NCBI GenBank assembly: GCA_002269645.1
Contig: NIVC01001676.1
Coordinates: 186,001-250,000, forward strand
Length of the DNA: 64,000 nt
DNA from: Macrostomum lignano
Taxonomy: Eukaryota
Direction: 5' to 3'
The notes under the pieces are model-generated. The model was given only the letters and a program-made list of their open reading frames with translations, searched no databases and had not been told where the DNA came from. Every line of letters starts with the position of its first letter. Position 1 is the stretch's first letter. The translations under genes and the position numbers were made by a program. Shown here piece by piece: positions 49,976-62,300 of the stretch.

Positions 49976-52900
49976 ATGGCAGCAACACTGCTTCCGCTGC
50001 TGCTGCTGTTGCTGCTGCTGCTGCTACTACTTTCGGTTGCCAAGGCCAGTCAAGGTAAAACTCACCAAACTGTGTACGGACAGCTGGAGACCGGTTTTCG
50101 ACTCAAAATGCATTGCCGCCTGTTTGAAACTTAAAAAGTATCAAGCCCTCTCGACCCTAACTGCTGAGATTTTAAGGCTCATGGGGAATTGCTGTGGCTC
50201 ATCGGGGAATTGCTTTGGCTCACGGGGGAATTGCTGTGGCTCACGGGGATTGCTGTGGCTCATGAGGGAATTTCTGTGGCTCATTGGGAATTGCTGTGGC
50301 TCCTTGGGTAATTGCTGTGGCTCATGAGGGAATTGCTGTGGCTCTGTGGCTCATGGGGGGATTGCTTTGGCTCACGGGGGGAATTGCTGTGGCTTACGGG
50401 GGAATTGCTTTGGCTCACGGGGGGAATTGCTGTGGCTCACGGGGATTGCTGTGGCTCATGGGGAATTTCTGAAATGCTGTGGCTCATGAGGGAATTGCTG
50501 AAATGCTGTGGCTCATGAGGGAATTGCTGAAATGTTGTGGCTCATGAGGGAATTGCTGAAATGCTGTGGCTCATGGGGAATTGCTGAAATGCTGTGGCTT
50601 ATAGGGAGTTGCTCAGATGCTTTGATGCCAAAGCTCTCAGGGGTGCTGATATCTTAGACTAGACAGCTGGCTTTCAGGGCTGATGCTTTTATGCTTTTTA
50701 AACTTCATTTTCCTTAAGAGGTAAACAATAGTGACTGCAACAATTGCCACTCCCAGGCTTGGCTCCAAGCCCCTACGCCTACGCATGCGACGCCACGGCG
50801 GAGCTGCTGGTCATCGTCCAGGCTGGCAACCGCAGCTCCAATTCAACCGACTACCTGGCCTGCCTGGACACTGATCAGTCTATCGGCGGCGCTGACCCCA
50901 GGATGACGCTGGCAAGCGACTCGAAGGTCTGCCGCTATTGTCTGGGATATTTTTTGCTGGGTGTACTTTTCTGAGTGTACATATCCGGATGTACTTTTCT
51001 GAGTGTACATATCCGGATGTACTTTTCTGAGTGTACATATCCGGATGTACTTTTCTGAGTGTACATATCCGGATGTACTTTTCTGAGTGTACATATCCGG
51101 ATGTACTTTTCTTAGGGTACACACATTGATGTACTTTTCTGAGTGTACATATCCTGATGTACTTTTTTTAGGGTACACACATTGATGTACTTTTCTAAGT
51201 GCAGGGGTTGTACCGACGCTTTAGTGGTTAGAGCGTCGGACTCACGGTTTGAAGGTCGGGGGTTCGATTCCCGATCCCACTCGGAACAATTTGTGTCCTT
51301 GAGCAAGGCACTTAACTCTGCATTGCTTCAGTTCACCCAGCTGTAAAATGGGTGCCAGCATTAGCTGGGGTAACAGAGGGTGTGTGGCGACCCCCCAGTC
51401 CTTGGACTGAACAGCCGTACGCATCCTTCAGATGCGCCGCGCAATAGCTGCGGCTGAGCTGTCGGTTGCATATCTGGCCATTAGGGCAGGTGTAATCAAT
51501 TAAAATAAAATAAATTTTAAAAGTGTACACATTCTAATTTACTCTTACTCTTTGAATGTGTATGTGTATGATGTGTATGATGTGTATGATGTGCATCGTG
51601 GTGCATGATTCCATGCGTACATCGGGGCATACTGTGTATATAGTTGTGTACAATCCAATACATGTGTACAAATGCTGTAATTGGATAATTAGCTTCAAAT
51701 ATTGCACACTGTCCAACTAATTGCAGTCGCGGGTTGACGGCCTGCCGTCTCACCTGCTCGTAAAGTTCAAGATACCGCCGAAGGGCTTGATGTGCCGATA
51801 CGAGTACAAGTGGAAGGTACGGCTCTGCGCACTCCAGGTTTCACTAAGCAGCATGAACTTGGCTTGGAAATATTGCATAACCATGTTTTTCTTTCATCCA
51901 TTTTAGATCGAAGAAATTTTGTACAGAAGCTCAACTAAACAGCCGAAGTGCTCAGATCTGATTCCGTTCAATGAATGTCGAGTAAAAAGTGAGTCTTTAC
52001 TTACCCCTTCCCCGAAGTACCCATTCCGCGAAATACATCTTTCCCCGAAATACCCCTTCCCCGAAATACCCCTTCCCCAAAATACCCCTTCCCCAAAATA
52101 CCCCTTCCCCAAAATGCCCCTTGTCCGAAATACCCCTTCCCCAAAATACCCCTTCCCAGAGATAACCCTTTCCCGAAATACCCCTTCCCCGAAATACCCC
52201 TTCCCGAAATACCCCTTCCCCGAAATACCCCTTCCCGGAAATACCCCTTCCCCGAAATACCCCTTCCCCGAAATACCCCTTCCCCGAAATACCCCTTCCC
52301 CGAAATACCCCTTCCTCAAAATACCCCTTGCCCAAACTACCCCTTCCCAGAATACCCCTTGCCCGAAATACCCCATCCCCGAAATACCCCATCCCCGAAA
52401 TAGCCCATCCCCGAAATACCCCATCCTCGAAATACCCCATCCCCGAAATACCCCATCCCCGAAATACCCCATCCCCGAAATACCCCATCCCGAAATACCC
52501 CATCCCGAAATACCCCATCCCGAAATACCTTTCAACAAAGCCAGTCGCGCTTCCCCAGTCGGCCGGAGCCGGCAGTGCCCGCACTACCCAATCAGCAGCG
52601 AGCCGGTGAGGTGCAGCTCCGTGCCGGACCAGTTCGAGTTCCTGCCCGCCGGCTGTCGGGATGCCGCCACGACAGCGACCTCGACGGCGAAGTCGCCTCC
52701 CGCCGAGCTCCCAACCGGTGCAACAGTCGGGATCGGCACGGCGCTGTTCATCGCAGTCTTGCTGTCGGCCGGGGTGGCCCTGATCTGGGCGATCAAATCC
52801 TGCGGGAGCTCATCAGCTGAGCAGCCAGGACACGCCGGAGTGGTGTACTCAGCGTTCGCCATACTGGACAATCCTCAGCAGGTGCGGCAGTTTTTGAGAC

Positions 52901-52998
52901 ACCGCCTGACGGCCAGTGGCGACCATTTTAACTATCGCCGCGATCCGCGACTTTTGATGGCCAACCCTGACACCGGGGAGCTCATTGACAATTCTTAG
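49976..52998 (+). CDS. Unassigned type I membrane protein, paralog 2, 286 aa; exons 49976-50054, 50757-50926, 51727-51816, 51907-51988, 52559-52998
   Basis: Poly-Leu signal peptide; introns GT-AG with phases 1,0,0,1; CDS 861 nt; 8 Cys aligning with paralog 1; TM ATVGIGTALFIAVLLSAGVALIWAI. Confidence 0.85.
50172..50615. repeat. About 20-bp minisatellite (GGGAATTGCTGTGGCTCATG) in intron 1 of paralog 2
   Basis: Direct imperfect repeats. Confidence 0.92.
50958..51198. repeat. 28-bp minisatellite (TGTACTTTTCTGAGTGTACATATCCGGA) in intron 2 of paralog 2
   Basis: 28-bp period (51001, 51029). Confidence 0.93.
51203..51455 (+). mobile_element. tRNA-derived CORE-type SINE
   Basis: A box TAGTGGTTAGAGC; B box GGTTCGATTCC; then TGTGTCCTTGAGCAAGGCACTTAAC...CTGTAAAATGGG resembling the MIR CORE domain as I recall it; second copy at 9441-9676. 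Confidence 0.8.
52008..52530. repeat. 15-17-bp C-rich minisatellite (GAAATACCCCTTCCCC / GAAATACCCCATCCC) in intron 4 of paralog 2
   Basis: Direct repeats. Confidence 0.94.
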
Positions 52999-53159
52999 CA
53001 TGCTACTGATGCATGGTAGCAAATGTTGTACGTCTTTTTCAGGTCTAGCAATTAAAATTTTCTTTCCATTCTTTTCAGTTGGAATTCTTTCCAGTCAGGT
53101 TGCAGCAATTAAAATTTGTTTTGAAAGTTCCCATTGTAAGAGTTACGGTTCTGTTGGAA

Positions 53160-53770
53160 AGGGGTCCATCGGGAAGGGTTTCATTGGGAAGGGTTTCATT
53201 GGGAAGGGTTTCATTGGGAAGGGTTTCATTGGGAAAGGTTTCATTGGGAAGGGTTCCATTGGGAAGGGTTTCATTGGGAAGGGTTCCTTTGGGAAGGGTT
53301 CCATTGGGAAGGGTTCCATTGGGAAGGGTTCCATTGGGAAGGGTTCCTTTGGGAAGGGTTCCATTGGGAAGGGTTCCATTGGGAAGGGTTCCATTGGGAA
53401 GGGTTCCTTTGGGAAGGGTTCCATTGGGAAGGGTTTCATTGGGAAGGGTTCCTTTGGGAAGGGTTCCATTGGGAAGGGTTCCATTGGAAGGGTTATTGGG
53501 GAAAGGTTCCATTGGGAAGGGTTCCATTGGGAAGGGTTTCATTGGGAAGGGTTCCTTTGGGAAGGGTTCCATTGGGAAGGGTTCTATTGGAAGGGTTATT
53601 GGGGAAAGGTTCCATTGGGAAGGGTTCCATTGGGAAGGGTTTCATTGGGAAGTGTTTCATTGGGAAGGGTTCCATTGGGAAGTGTTTCATTGGGAAGGGT
53701 TCCATTGGGGAAGGGTTCCATTGGGGAAGGGTTCCATTGGGAAGGGTTTCATTAGGAAGCATTGGGGAAG
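53160..53770. repeat. 15-bp G-rich minisatellite (GGGAAGGGTTCCATT), about 40 units
   Basis: Direct repeats. Confidence 0.95.
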
Positions 53771-54334
53771 GGCTCCATAAGGAATTAGTGATCGAATGTT
53801 GTTATATTTGCGTCCAAGTGGCTTGTACAGTTTTCTGTTTCAAATGATTTTAGTATTAACGGCATGATACTTTTACAATGCGTTGTAAATACAGTTGAAA
53901 TACATGCGCATTGCACATGTAGAGCTGGATTGACAGCTAGCTAAATGCAAAAACTTTCAGTCATGACCTGAGGCGCTTTCTGTTTTATTCAATCAAACTT
54001 ATCTATTCCGCCCAATTGCAGTAGTAGGCAGGTGGTTTGCTAGACAATTCCGAAGTTGATTGCGAAAAAGTTATATTTCCAACAAGTTGAGTGGGCTTCT
54101 GAGTGTTGCGCAATCGCTAGGCGAGATGATATGTACAGATTCAATGTGCAAGTTTATTACTGAACCCACCAGACAAGCTAATTTATTTAAGTAAATATTT
54201 TTGTAGTTAGAAAAGAATAGCTGAAAAGAACTGAAGCCTCAATCGGACTCAGTGAGCTGAGAAGTCCCGAAGATGCCTGCAACTAACGACAGCCTGTGTA
54301 AGTTTTTGTAAGTGAGCGATTCTGTGTGGGACTG

Positions 54335-54650
54335 AACATGACAGACACAAGAGTGCTGGACCACAATGGCAGACACAAGAGTGCTGAACCACCATGACAG
54401 ACACAAGAGTGCTGGACCACCATGGCAGACACAAGAGTGCTGGACCACCATGGCAGACACAAGAGTGCTGGACCACCATGACAGACACAAGAGTGCTGGA
54501 CCAACATGAGACACAAGTGTGCTGGACCACCATGACAGACAAGAGTGCTGGACCACCATGACAGACACAAGAGTGCTGGACCACCATGACAGACACAAGA
54601 CTGCTGGACCAACATGACAGACACAAGAGTGCTCGACCACCATGACAAGC
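54335..54650. repeat. 28-bp minisatellite (GACAGACACAAGAGTGCTGGACCACCAT)
   Basis: 28-bp period (54371, 54399). Confidence 0.93.
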
Positions 54651-55854
54651 AATACTCCAGATGTAGAGTCGCACGCACTACTGAGACCCCGAGTCACAGA
54701 ATCAGTTGCAGCATAAACGTATTGAGAATGCTGAAGGTAAAACGTGTAGATCGCCAAGATCCACAGTAGGCCCTACTAACAGTAGCAAACGCCGCATTCC
54801 TACATGGTTATTCGTCACTCGCGCTGCCAGACGCATCTCGGCAGCAGCTCAGGGCGATGGAATCTGCCAAGAAGTACGAGGCAGCCCTCACCTGGATGTG
54901 CTGCGTCTCCACTCTGATGCTCGCGCTGGGAATTGCGACTCTCAAGCATTTGAGGTGAGCACCACTCATGCAGTGCAGATCTTGTCTGCTGCTATTGTAG
55001 TGTCTGTTTTCGAGGTCCAGTGCAGAATGTTTCAACAGTATCGAAGCGTATCGACTGCAACCCCCCTTAGCTGGCAGCGTTTCCGGCAACCCGGCGCCCA
55101 GAGCGGGGCTTTGCCTGATCGAAAAAGCGATCACAGAAAAAGCGCTCAAGCAACTCTGTAGTAATTCTTCCCCCGCTCCTCTCTGATTTCCAGATCTCGC
55201 AGACAATTGCAAAGCCAGAAACGGGAGCTGAGTGAGTTCAAGGCGCGTCTCTTTTGCTGCCTGCTTGCTTTTTTGATCGGAAAAATGTGATATTCCTTGG
55301 GCTCAAAGAGTTTGGTTTCTAGCGAGAATTTCACGCTTTGTCAGCAGCTGTTCAGGTCAATCGACAAAAAAGGCAAGAATTTGAGCACCTCCATTTTCAC
55401 TGCCTCAGTCCCAGCCAGAACTTTACCCTGCATGGCGCTTCTTAGTGTAGCTCGCATGCTCTGCAGCTGCGTCTTTTGTTTTGCTGCAAGCAGCCTGGCT
55501 TCAGCAGTGCAGCAGAGATGCTGGAAGCGCGAGAGACAAAGGAGCGCCGGCAACAATGGAGCAGATACAGTAGAGCATGAGTAACAGCCTGAGCCGCTGC
55601 TCATCATTGGGACCAGTCTAGACCAATACCTAAGCTGCAACGCCATCTCCCAGACTCCCAGCTGCATCGCCTGCGCCTCTCTATCCCTCACTGCTCAGTC
55701 TCCCCTCGCCCCACCCCCGCTGCCCACCAGCCAGAAAGGCTGCTGCCATTGAATGCCCCCCATTAAAAAGGAGGAGAGCGGGACAGAGAGTAGGGATTGA
55801 GAACTGGTGGAGCACCCCCCCCCCACCCATCTGGAGGTGAGCGCATTCCATCTC

Positions 55855-55896
<42 letters not shown>

Positions 55897-56349
55897 CACA
55901 GGAACGGAGCTAGTCACTTCACAGTGACCCAACACTGACCCCCCATAGACTCAAAATTGGCTTGCCCAGGTGGCGTGTGCGCGTTTTAGTGCTGCACTTA
56001 TTTAATCAAGGGCCAGAGCTGACGCTGCGCCCCAGATCCGCTGAGCTGCTCTGTTGCTCCATCGCTTCTTCCCTCTCGCTAAACATTTGTTTGTTGTTTC
56101 TGGGCGCCCCATCATCTCCCCCGGCTATTGTGTCCCCAGCCTCCGCTCTCCATCGCCTCCAGCAGCCCCCAACCTTGCCGCCGCCTAACCTTGCCGCCGC
56201 CTACGAAGTCAGGACTTTTGTTTTAAAAAGAAGGCAGCTGAGAAAGCTTTGACTTCAGCAATTTGAGACCCATCAAATGGAGTTGGCCGGTCGCATCCCC
56301 CCTGCCGAGTCTTTGTCAGTTTCCAGCCCCCTTGTCTGAGCCAGCGGCC

Positions 56350-59300
56350 ATGTTCCTGTGGAAGGTCTGCAGTCTCATTCACGAGCGCAAAATTTTAGTG
56401 GAAGAGGAGCGCAGGCTGAACCGAGTCAGCCAGGACCCCATCGAAGCTGCCGCCTTCGTGAAGGAGCACCGGCGCAGGACCCGGAACAAGGAGCTGCAGT
56501 ATGAGTACAAGGTGAGTAGCGGCTGGTTGTGGAGCTGCAGTATGAGTACAAGGTGAGTAGCGGCTGGTTGTGGAGCTGCAGTATGAGTACAAGGTGAGTA
56601 GCGGCTGGTTGTGGAGCTGCAGTATGAGTACAAGGTGAGTAGCGGCTGGTTGTGGAGCTGCAGTATGAGTACATGCACTGCAGACACGGACATGCACTGC
56701 AGACATGGACACGCACTCCAGACACGGACATGCACTGCAGACATGGACATGCACTGCAGACACGGACACGCACTGCAGACACGGACACGCACTGCAGACA
56801 TGGACATGCACTGCAGACATGGACATGCACTGCAGACATGGACATGCACTGCAGACACGGACACGCACTGCAGACACGGACATGCAGACACGGACATGCA
56901 GACATGGACATGCAGACATGGACATGCAGACATGGACATGCAGACACGGACATGCAGACATGGACATGCAGACATGGACATGCAGACACGGACATGCACT
57001 GCAGACATGGACATGCACTGCAGACATGGACATGCACTGCAGACATGGACATGCACTGCAGACATGGACATGCACTGCAGACATGGACATGCACTGCAGA
57101 CACGGACACTCACTGCAGACACGGACATGCAGACACGGACATGCAGACATGGACATGCAGACATGTACATGCAGACACGGACATGCAGACATGGACATGC
57201 ACTGCAGACACGGACATGCAGACATGGACATGCAGACATGGACATGCAGACACGGACATGCACTGCAGACACGGACACGCGCTGCAGACACGGACACGCA
57301 CTGCAGACACGGACATGCACTGCAGACACGGACATGCAGACACGGACATGCAGACATGGACATGCACTGCAAACACGGACATGCAGACACGGACATGCAG
57401 ACACGGACATGCAGACACGGACATGCACTGCAGACGCGGACCTCAGGGTATTATCGCGGGAAGACACTCGTGTCGTAGGGACTCCACAGTATGCAGTCAG
57501 TCAATGGCTAATTCATTCAAGCTGAGATTCAAGCTTGAAGATTCTCGACGCATTTTTCTCGAAAGTCGCCTTACCAGAGTGAAACGGCTTGACTTGAGGC
57601 GCTGCTCTGTCTCCAAGCGGGAAATTTCTACTTTGATGAAAAATTAATCTCTGCTTGCCTGACAGGGTAGAGAGAACAACTGGCTCCACAAGCCGCCGGC
57701 TCAAAGCATTTATCGATTGGCACCAGGGCTCCCATCATGGCTTGGGTCTGTATCATCGCTCTCTCACGCGTCTTCAGTGGCAGCTGCCACAATTGCTTTT
57801 TTTCCTGTTTCTGCGCAAAGCTGGCAAGCTGAGTTTTGAGCACAGACTCAGGCAGACTCAGGGCTGCTGCCAATTTTCTGAAGCTGATTCCATTATTTAG
57901 CAAAGCTCCACACAGTCTGAAGAGTTCAATAAGTTCAACGTTGTCTTTAGCCGTATCGGATTTCGCTGGATTAATGAGATTATGAAAAATGAGCTTTTCG
58001 ATCTCAATTGTCCTTTTCAGGCTATCGAGCAAATCTCTGTGGGCGAGAAGCAGTCGGTGAGGAAATCAAAAATGAAATTTAATCGAGAAAGACTCGTCAA
58101 TAATTGAAATCCCCAGGGGCCACAAAGCAAACTTCCCAAAGTTTGCCACCTCAGCTCCCCAGGGTCTGCCAGCTCAGCTCCTCAGGGTCTGCCAGCTCAG
58201 CTCCTCAGGGTCTGCCACCTCAGCTCCTCAGGGTCTGCCAGCTCAGCTCCTCAGGGTCTGCCAGCTCAGCTCCTCAGGGTCCGCCACCTCAGCTCCTCAG
58301 GGTCCGCCACCTCAGCTCCTCAGGGCCCGCCACCTCAGCTCCTCAGGGCCCGCCACCTCAGCTCCTCAGGGCCCGCCACCTCAGCTCCTCAGGGCCCGCA
58401 AACACACCTCTATTAAAGCGCCATCCCTGAATCCCCGAATCCACAGGCCAGCATCAGAAGCGAAGGTCAGCACAAGGTTGCTGAGGCCGCCAAGCTGCCG
58501 TGCAATAAAGAGAAAAACCTCAGTGAACGAGTCCTGCCGTGTGAGTGCCGCACCAACAGGTTGCATTCGTAAAGATTAATTGGGATCGGTGCCCTCATTC
58601 ATGTCATCTTCCGATCTCCATTCACCAACCGCTCCTCATTCACCGATCTCCCCGACTCCCCATTCACCAACCGCTCCTCATTCACCGATCTCCCCGACTC
58701 CCCATTCACCAACTAAACCTCATTCACCGATCTCCTCGACTCCCCATTCACCAACCGCACCTCATTCACCGATCTCCCCGACTCCCCTTTCACCAACTAA
58801 ACCTCATTCACCGATCTCCCCGACTCCCCATTCAACAACTAAACCTCATTCACCGATCTCCCCGACTCCCCTTTCACCAACCGCACCTCATTCACCGATC
58901 TCCCCGACTCCCCATTCACCAACCGCACCTCATTCACCGATCTCCCCGACTCCCCTTTCACCAACCGCTCCTCATTCACCGATCTCCCCGACTCCCCATT
59001 CACCAACCGCACCTCATTCACCGATCTCCTCGACTCCCCATTCACCAACCGCACCTCATTCACCGATCTCCTCGACTCCCCATTCACCAACCGCACCTCA
59101 TTCACCGATCTCCCCGACTCCCCTTTCACCAACCGCTCCTCATTCACCGATCTCCCCGACTCCCCATTCACCAACCGCACCTCATTCACCGATCTCCTCG
59201 ACTCCCCATTCACCAACCGCACCTCATTCACCGATCTCCTCGACTCCCCATTCACCAACTAAACCTCATTCACCAAGCTTCCGGTTTCCCATTTACCGAC

Positions 59301-62300
59301 TAAACCTCATTCACCGATCTCCCTAATCCCCATTCACTAACTCCACCTCATTCACGGATCTCCTAGATTCTATTCACCAACTAAACGTCATTCACCAATT
59401 TCCCTTATCCCCATTCACCGACTAAACCTCATTCACCGATCTCCCCTCTCCCCAGACGAACGCAACATAGTCCGCCTGGAGCCGGGTCTGGGCGAGCCCG
59501 ACGTGGCTGAGGGCGGCGGCTACATGAACGCCAGCTGGATTGATGTGAGAAAAAGTTTTAATGGCTTCTGCTCAATTTTTTATCACGAGCATCCGATAGT
59601 TTACGATCTCTTAATCCCCTAATTATCGGCAGGGCTACAACCAGCCCAAGAAGTTCATTGCCGCCCAGGGCCCCCTGGCGGCTACTAAAAATGACTTCTG
59701 GCGAATGGTGTGGCAGTACCGCTGCTGCTGCATCGTCATGACTACGAATCTGTTTGAGCACGCCAGGGTGAGTCGAGAGTCTTAAGCCTCCCTGGCTTAA
59801 TCCCCTTATACCGGATTAGCTACTCCAAACTGATTCAGAAATTTTGCTGGTCCAAACTTATAGCAACAGTGCGACAAGTACTGGCACAATGTCTATGCCA
59901 GGTTTGGCGACATTGACGTGTGGCTTGACGACCTGTACTCAACTGCCGAGTACGAGAGCCGGCTGTTCAAGGTTAAAAAGGTGAGTGGCTTTGTCTAGAT
60001 TAGTGCCTAGATTAGTGCCTAGATCAGTGCATAGATCAGTGCATAGATCAGTGCATAGATCAGTGCATAGATCAGTGCATAGATCAGTGTATAGATCAGT
60101 GCATAGATCAGTGCATAGATCAGTGTATAGATCAGTGCATAGATCAGTGTATAGATCAGTGCATAGATCAGTGCATAGATCAGTGTATAGATCAGTGCAT
60201 AGATCAGTGTATAGATCAGTGCATAGATCAGTGCATAGATCAGTGCATAGATCAGTGCATAGATCAGTGCATAGATCAGTGCATAGATCAGTGCATAGAT
60301 CAGTGCATAGATCAGTGTATAGATCAGTGCATGTCTTCACCTCCGCCTCGCCAGGCCGGCTGCGAGACGCGGCTGGTCCGGCAGTTCCAGTTCAAGAACT
60401 GGAGCCACTTCGACACGCCGCTACCAACCACGGTGATCGAAATTCGACGCAAAGTCAACGACTGGTGTGCGCGGCAAATGCGCACCAATCATCGTGCACT
60501 GCAGGTTGGTCACGTGACAGCCTGTGACGTTGTGACGCTGTTTATTTAAAGTTCTTATCGAAAAGTACGAATTGTTTTTATTGCGCTCCCGTTACCAATG
60601 TGGCGCCCCAGATGCCAAAGTGGCGCCCCAGATGCCAAAGTGGCGCCCCAGATACCAAGGTGGCGCCCCAGATGCCAAAGTGGCGCCCCAGATACCAAAG
60701 TGGCGCCCCAGATACCAAAGTGGCGCCCCAGATACCAAAGTGGCGCCCCAGATACCAAAGTGGCGCCCCAGATACCAAAGTGCCGCCCCCGATACCAAAG
60801 TGGCGCCCCCGATACCAAAGTGCCGCCCCCGATACCAAAGTGGCGCCCTTTGGCATGCACGAGTCGAATGCGGATTGTGAAATAACTACAATATTAAAAT
60901 TAATATCTGAAACGGAAAATCTCGCACAAGATATTCTTACCCAGCGTCTGGTCCCACTGACATTGCCTGTCCTTGGCTCTCTTCCGGTTTAAAAAAAACT
61001 TTTTTTGCAACGCCACACCAGAAGAAGCGAGCCTGAGTAGCAATGGCCCAACCCCACGACAGCAGGAAGCGGAGCATCCAGATCCCTCTACACGGCACAA
61101 TGCCTCCTGGCTCTTTTAGTCCATTCAATTTCCTGATTTTGAAACTCAAATCTTTGCCGATCTCTTTTTAACCCCCCCCCTGAGTCCGGCACTGCCGGAA
61201 CCTCCGCTGTCCGCGTTCAGGGACAGAATTAATATCCCATTTTTTACTTTTAACTGACTGCACCTCCGCATCCTGGAACTGGGTGGGCATTGTGCCAACT
61301 TATTTGAATGATGCTTCTAAGATAAAATACTGCGCAGCACAATCTATAAAGCTTGAATGCGTACTTTTCTAAATTTTAAAGACCAGACTAATAAATGATC
61401 GGCCCCTAGTACCTGAACTTGGCGCCCCTAGTACCTGAACTTGGCGCCCCTAGTACCTGAACTTGGCGCCCCCTAGTACCTGAACTTGGCGCCCCCTAGT
61501 ACCTGAATTTGGCGCCCCTAGTACCTGAACTTGGCGCCCCCTAGTACCTGAACTTGGCGCCCTAGTACTCTTGATTGTACCGTCGACATTTACCTAAACA
61601 AAGTCCTCATAAAATCCGAAAAGTCCTGAAAATCTTCCGAAACCGCTCCCTGACCCAGCGACGGGGCGGGCCGCACCGGTACGTACATCTGCATTGACAT
61701 CGAAGTCAGCAAGGCGGAGGACGGCCGCCCATTGACATTCTTCAGCAGACGCTGGCGCTGCGCAAAGCCCGGCCAGGCCTGGTGGGCAACCTCAGCCAGT
61801 ACCGGTTCGTGTACGAGACTGTGGCCACGGCGCTGGCCTGCCGACCGACCACCGTGAAGGTGTTCGACTTCGCTAAGCTGACGCTAGGATGGCCCAGCGC
61901 GACCCGTCGGGTGGCAGCCAGGCGACCGGCTTCTCGGCGGAGTTCACCTGCCTGGCCGGCCTGGTGAAGCCGCTCAGCGTCGGCGAGTGCGCGGCGGGCA
62001 TCGGCGGAGAATCGATGGAAAAGTCGAGACGTCATGGTGCAGCCGCGTGAGTCCCTGGCTAGCAGCTGGACTACAAGAGCGGGGTGCAGGAGCACTGACG
62101 GCTGACTCCACTGCCCGTTGCAAACGTTAGCGTAGATGAGAATCGCTAAAAAATTCGTTTGTCTTTTTAACGACTCAAACTCGTTGTGCTGACGCTTAAC
62201 TTTCGCTAGAGATGTGACTCAACTTCATCAAGCGACGAAAATGCGCTTCAAACACAACTCAGTGACTCTACAGCGACTCAAGCACGCCTCAAATACGACT

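Noticed and set aside
51203-51280. tRNA gene
   Set aside because: No complete cloverleaf or acceptor stem; it continues into a SINE body that is present in a second copy.
51919-52558. Pro-rich extracellular stalk read through the C-rich array into the TM exon, or acceptor at 52540
   Set aside because: Homology with paralog 1 (K|VGWHSNCP vs K|IGRSRQCP) supports splicing from 51988 to 52559.
52008-53770. The two G/C-rich arrays as TIRs of one transposon that captured an exon
   Set aside because: Units differ in length and sequence, with no shared termini or TSD, and the exon is an ordinary part of paralog 2.
54700-55700. Minus-strand ORF fragments (also 57500-58030 and 62820-63089)
   Set aside because: No recognisable motifs or consistent splice signals; possibly decayed transposon sequence but unassignable without a search.
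56379-57647. Cys/His-rich metallothionein-like ORFs
   Set aside because: All six frames are open because the minisatellite lacks stops; the region is intronic to the PTP.
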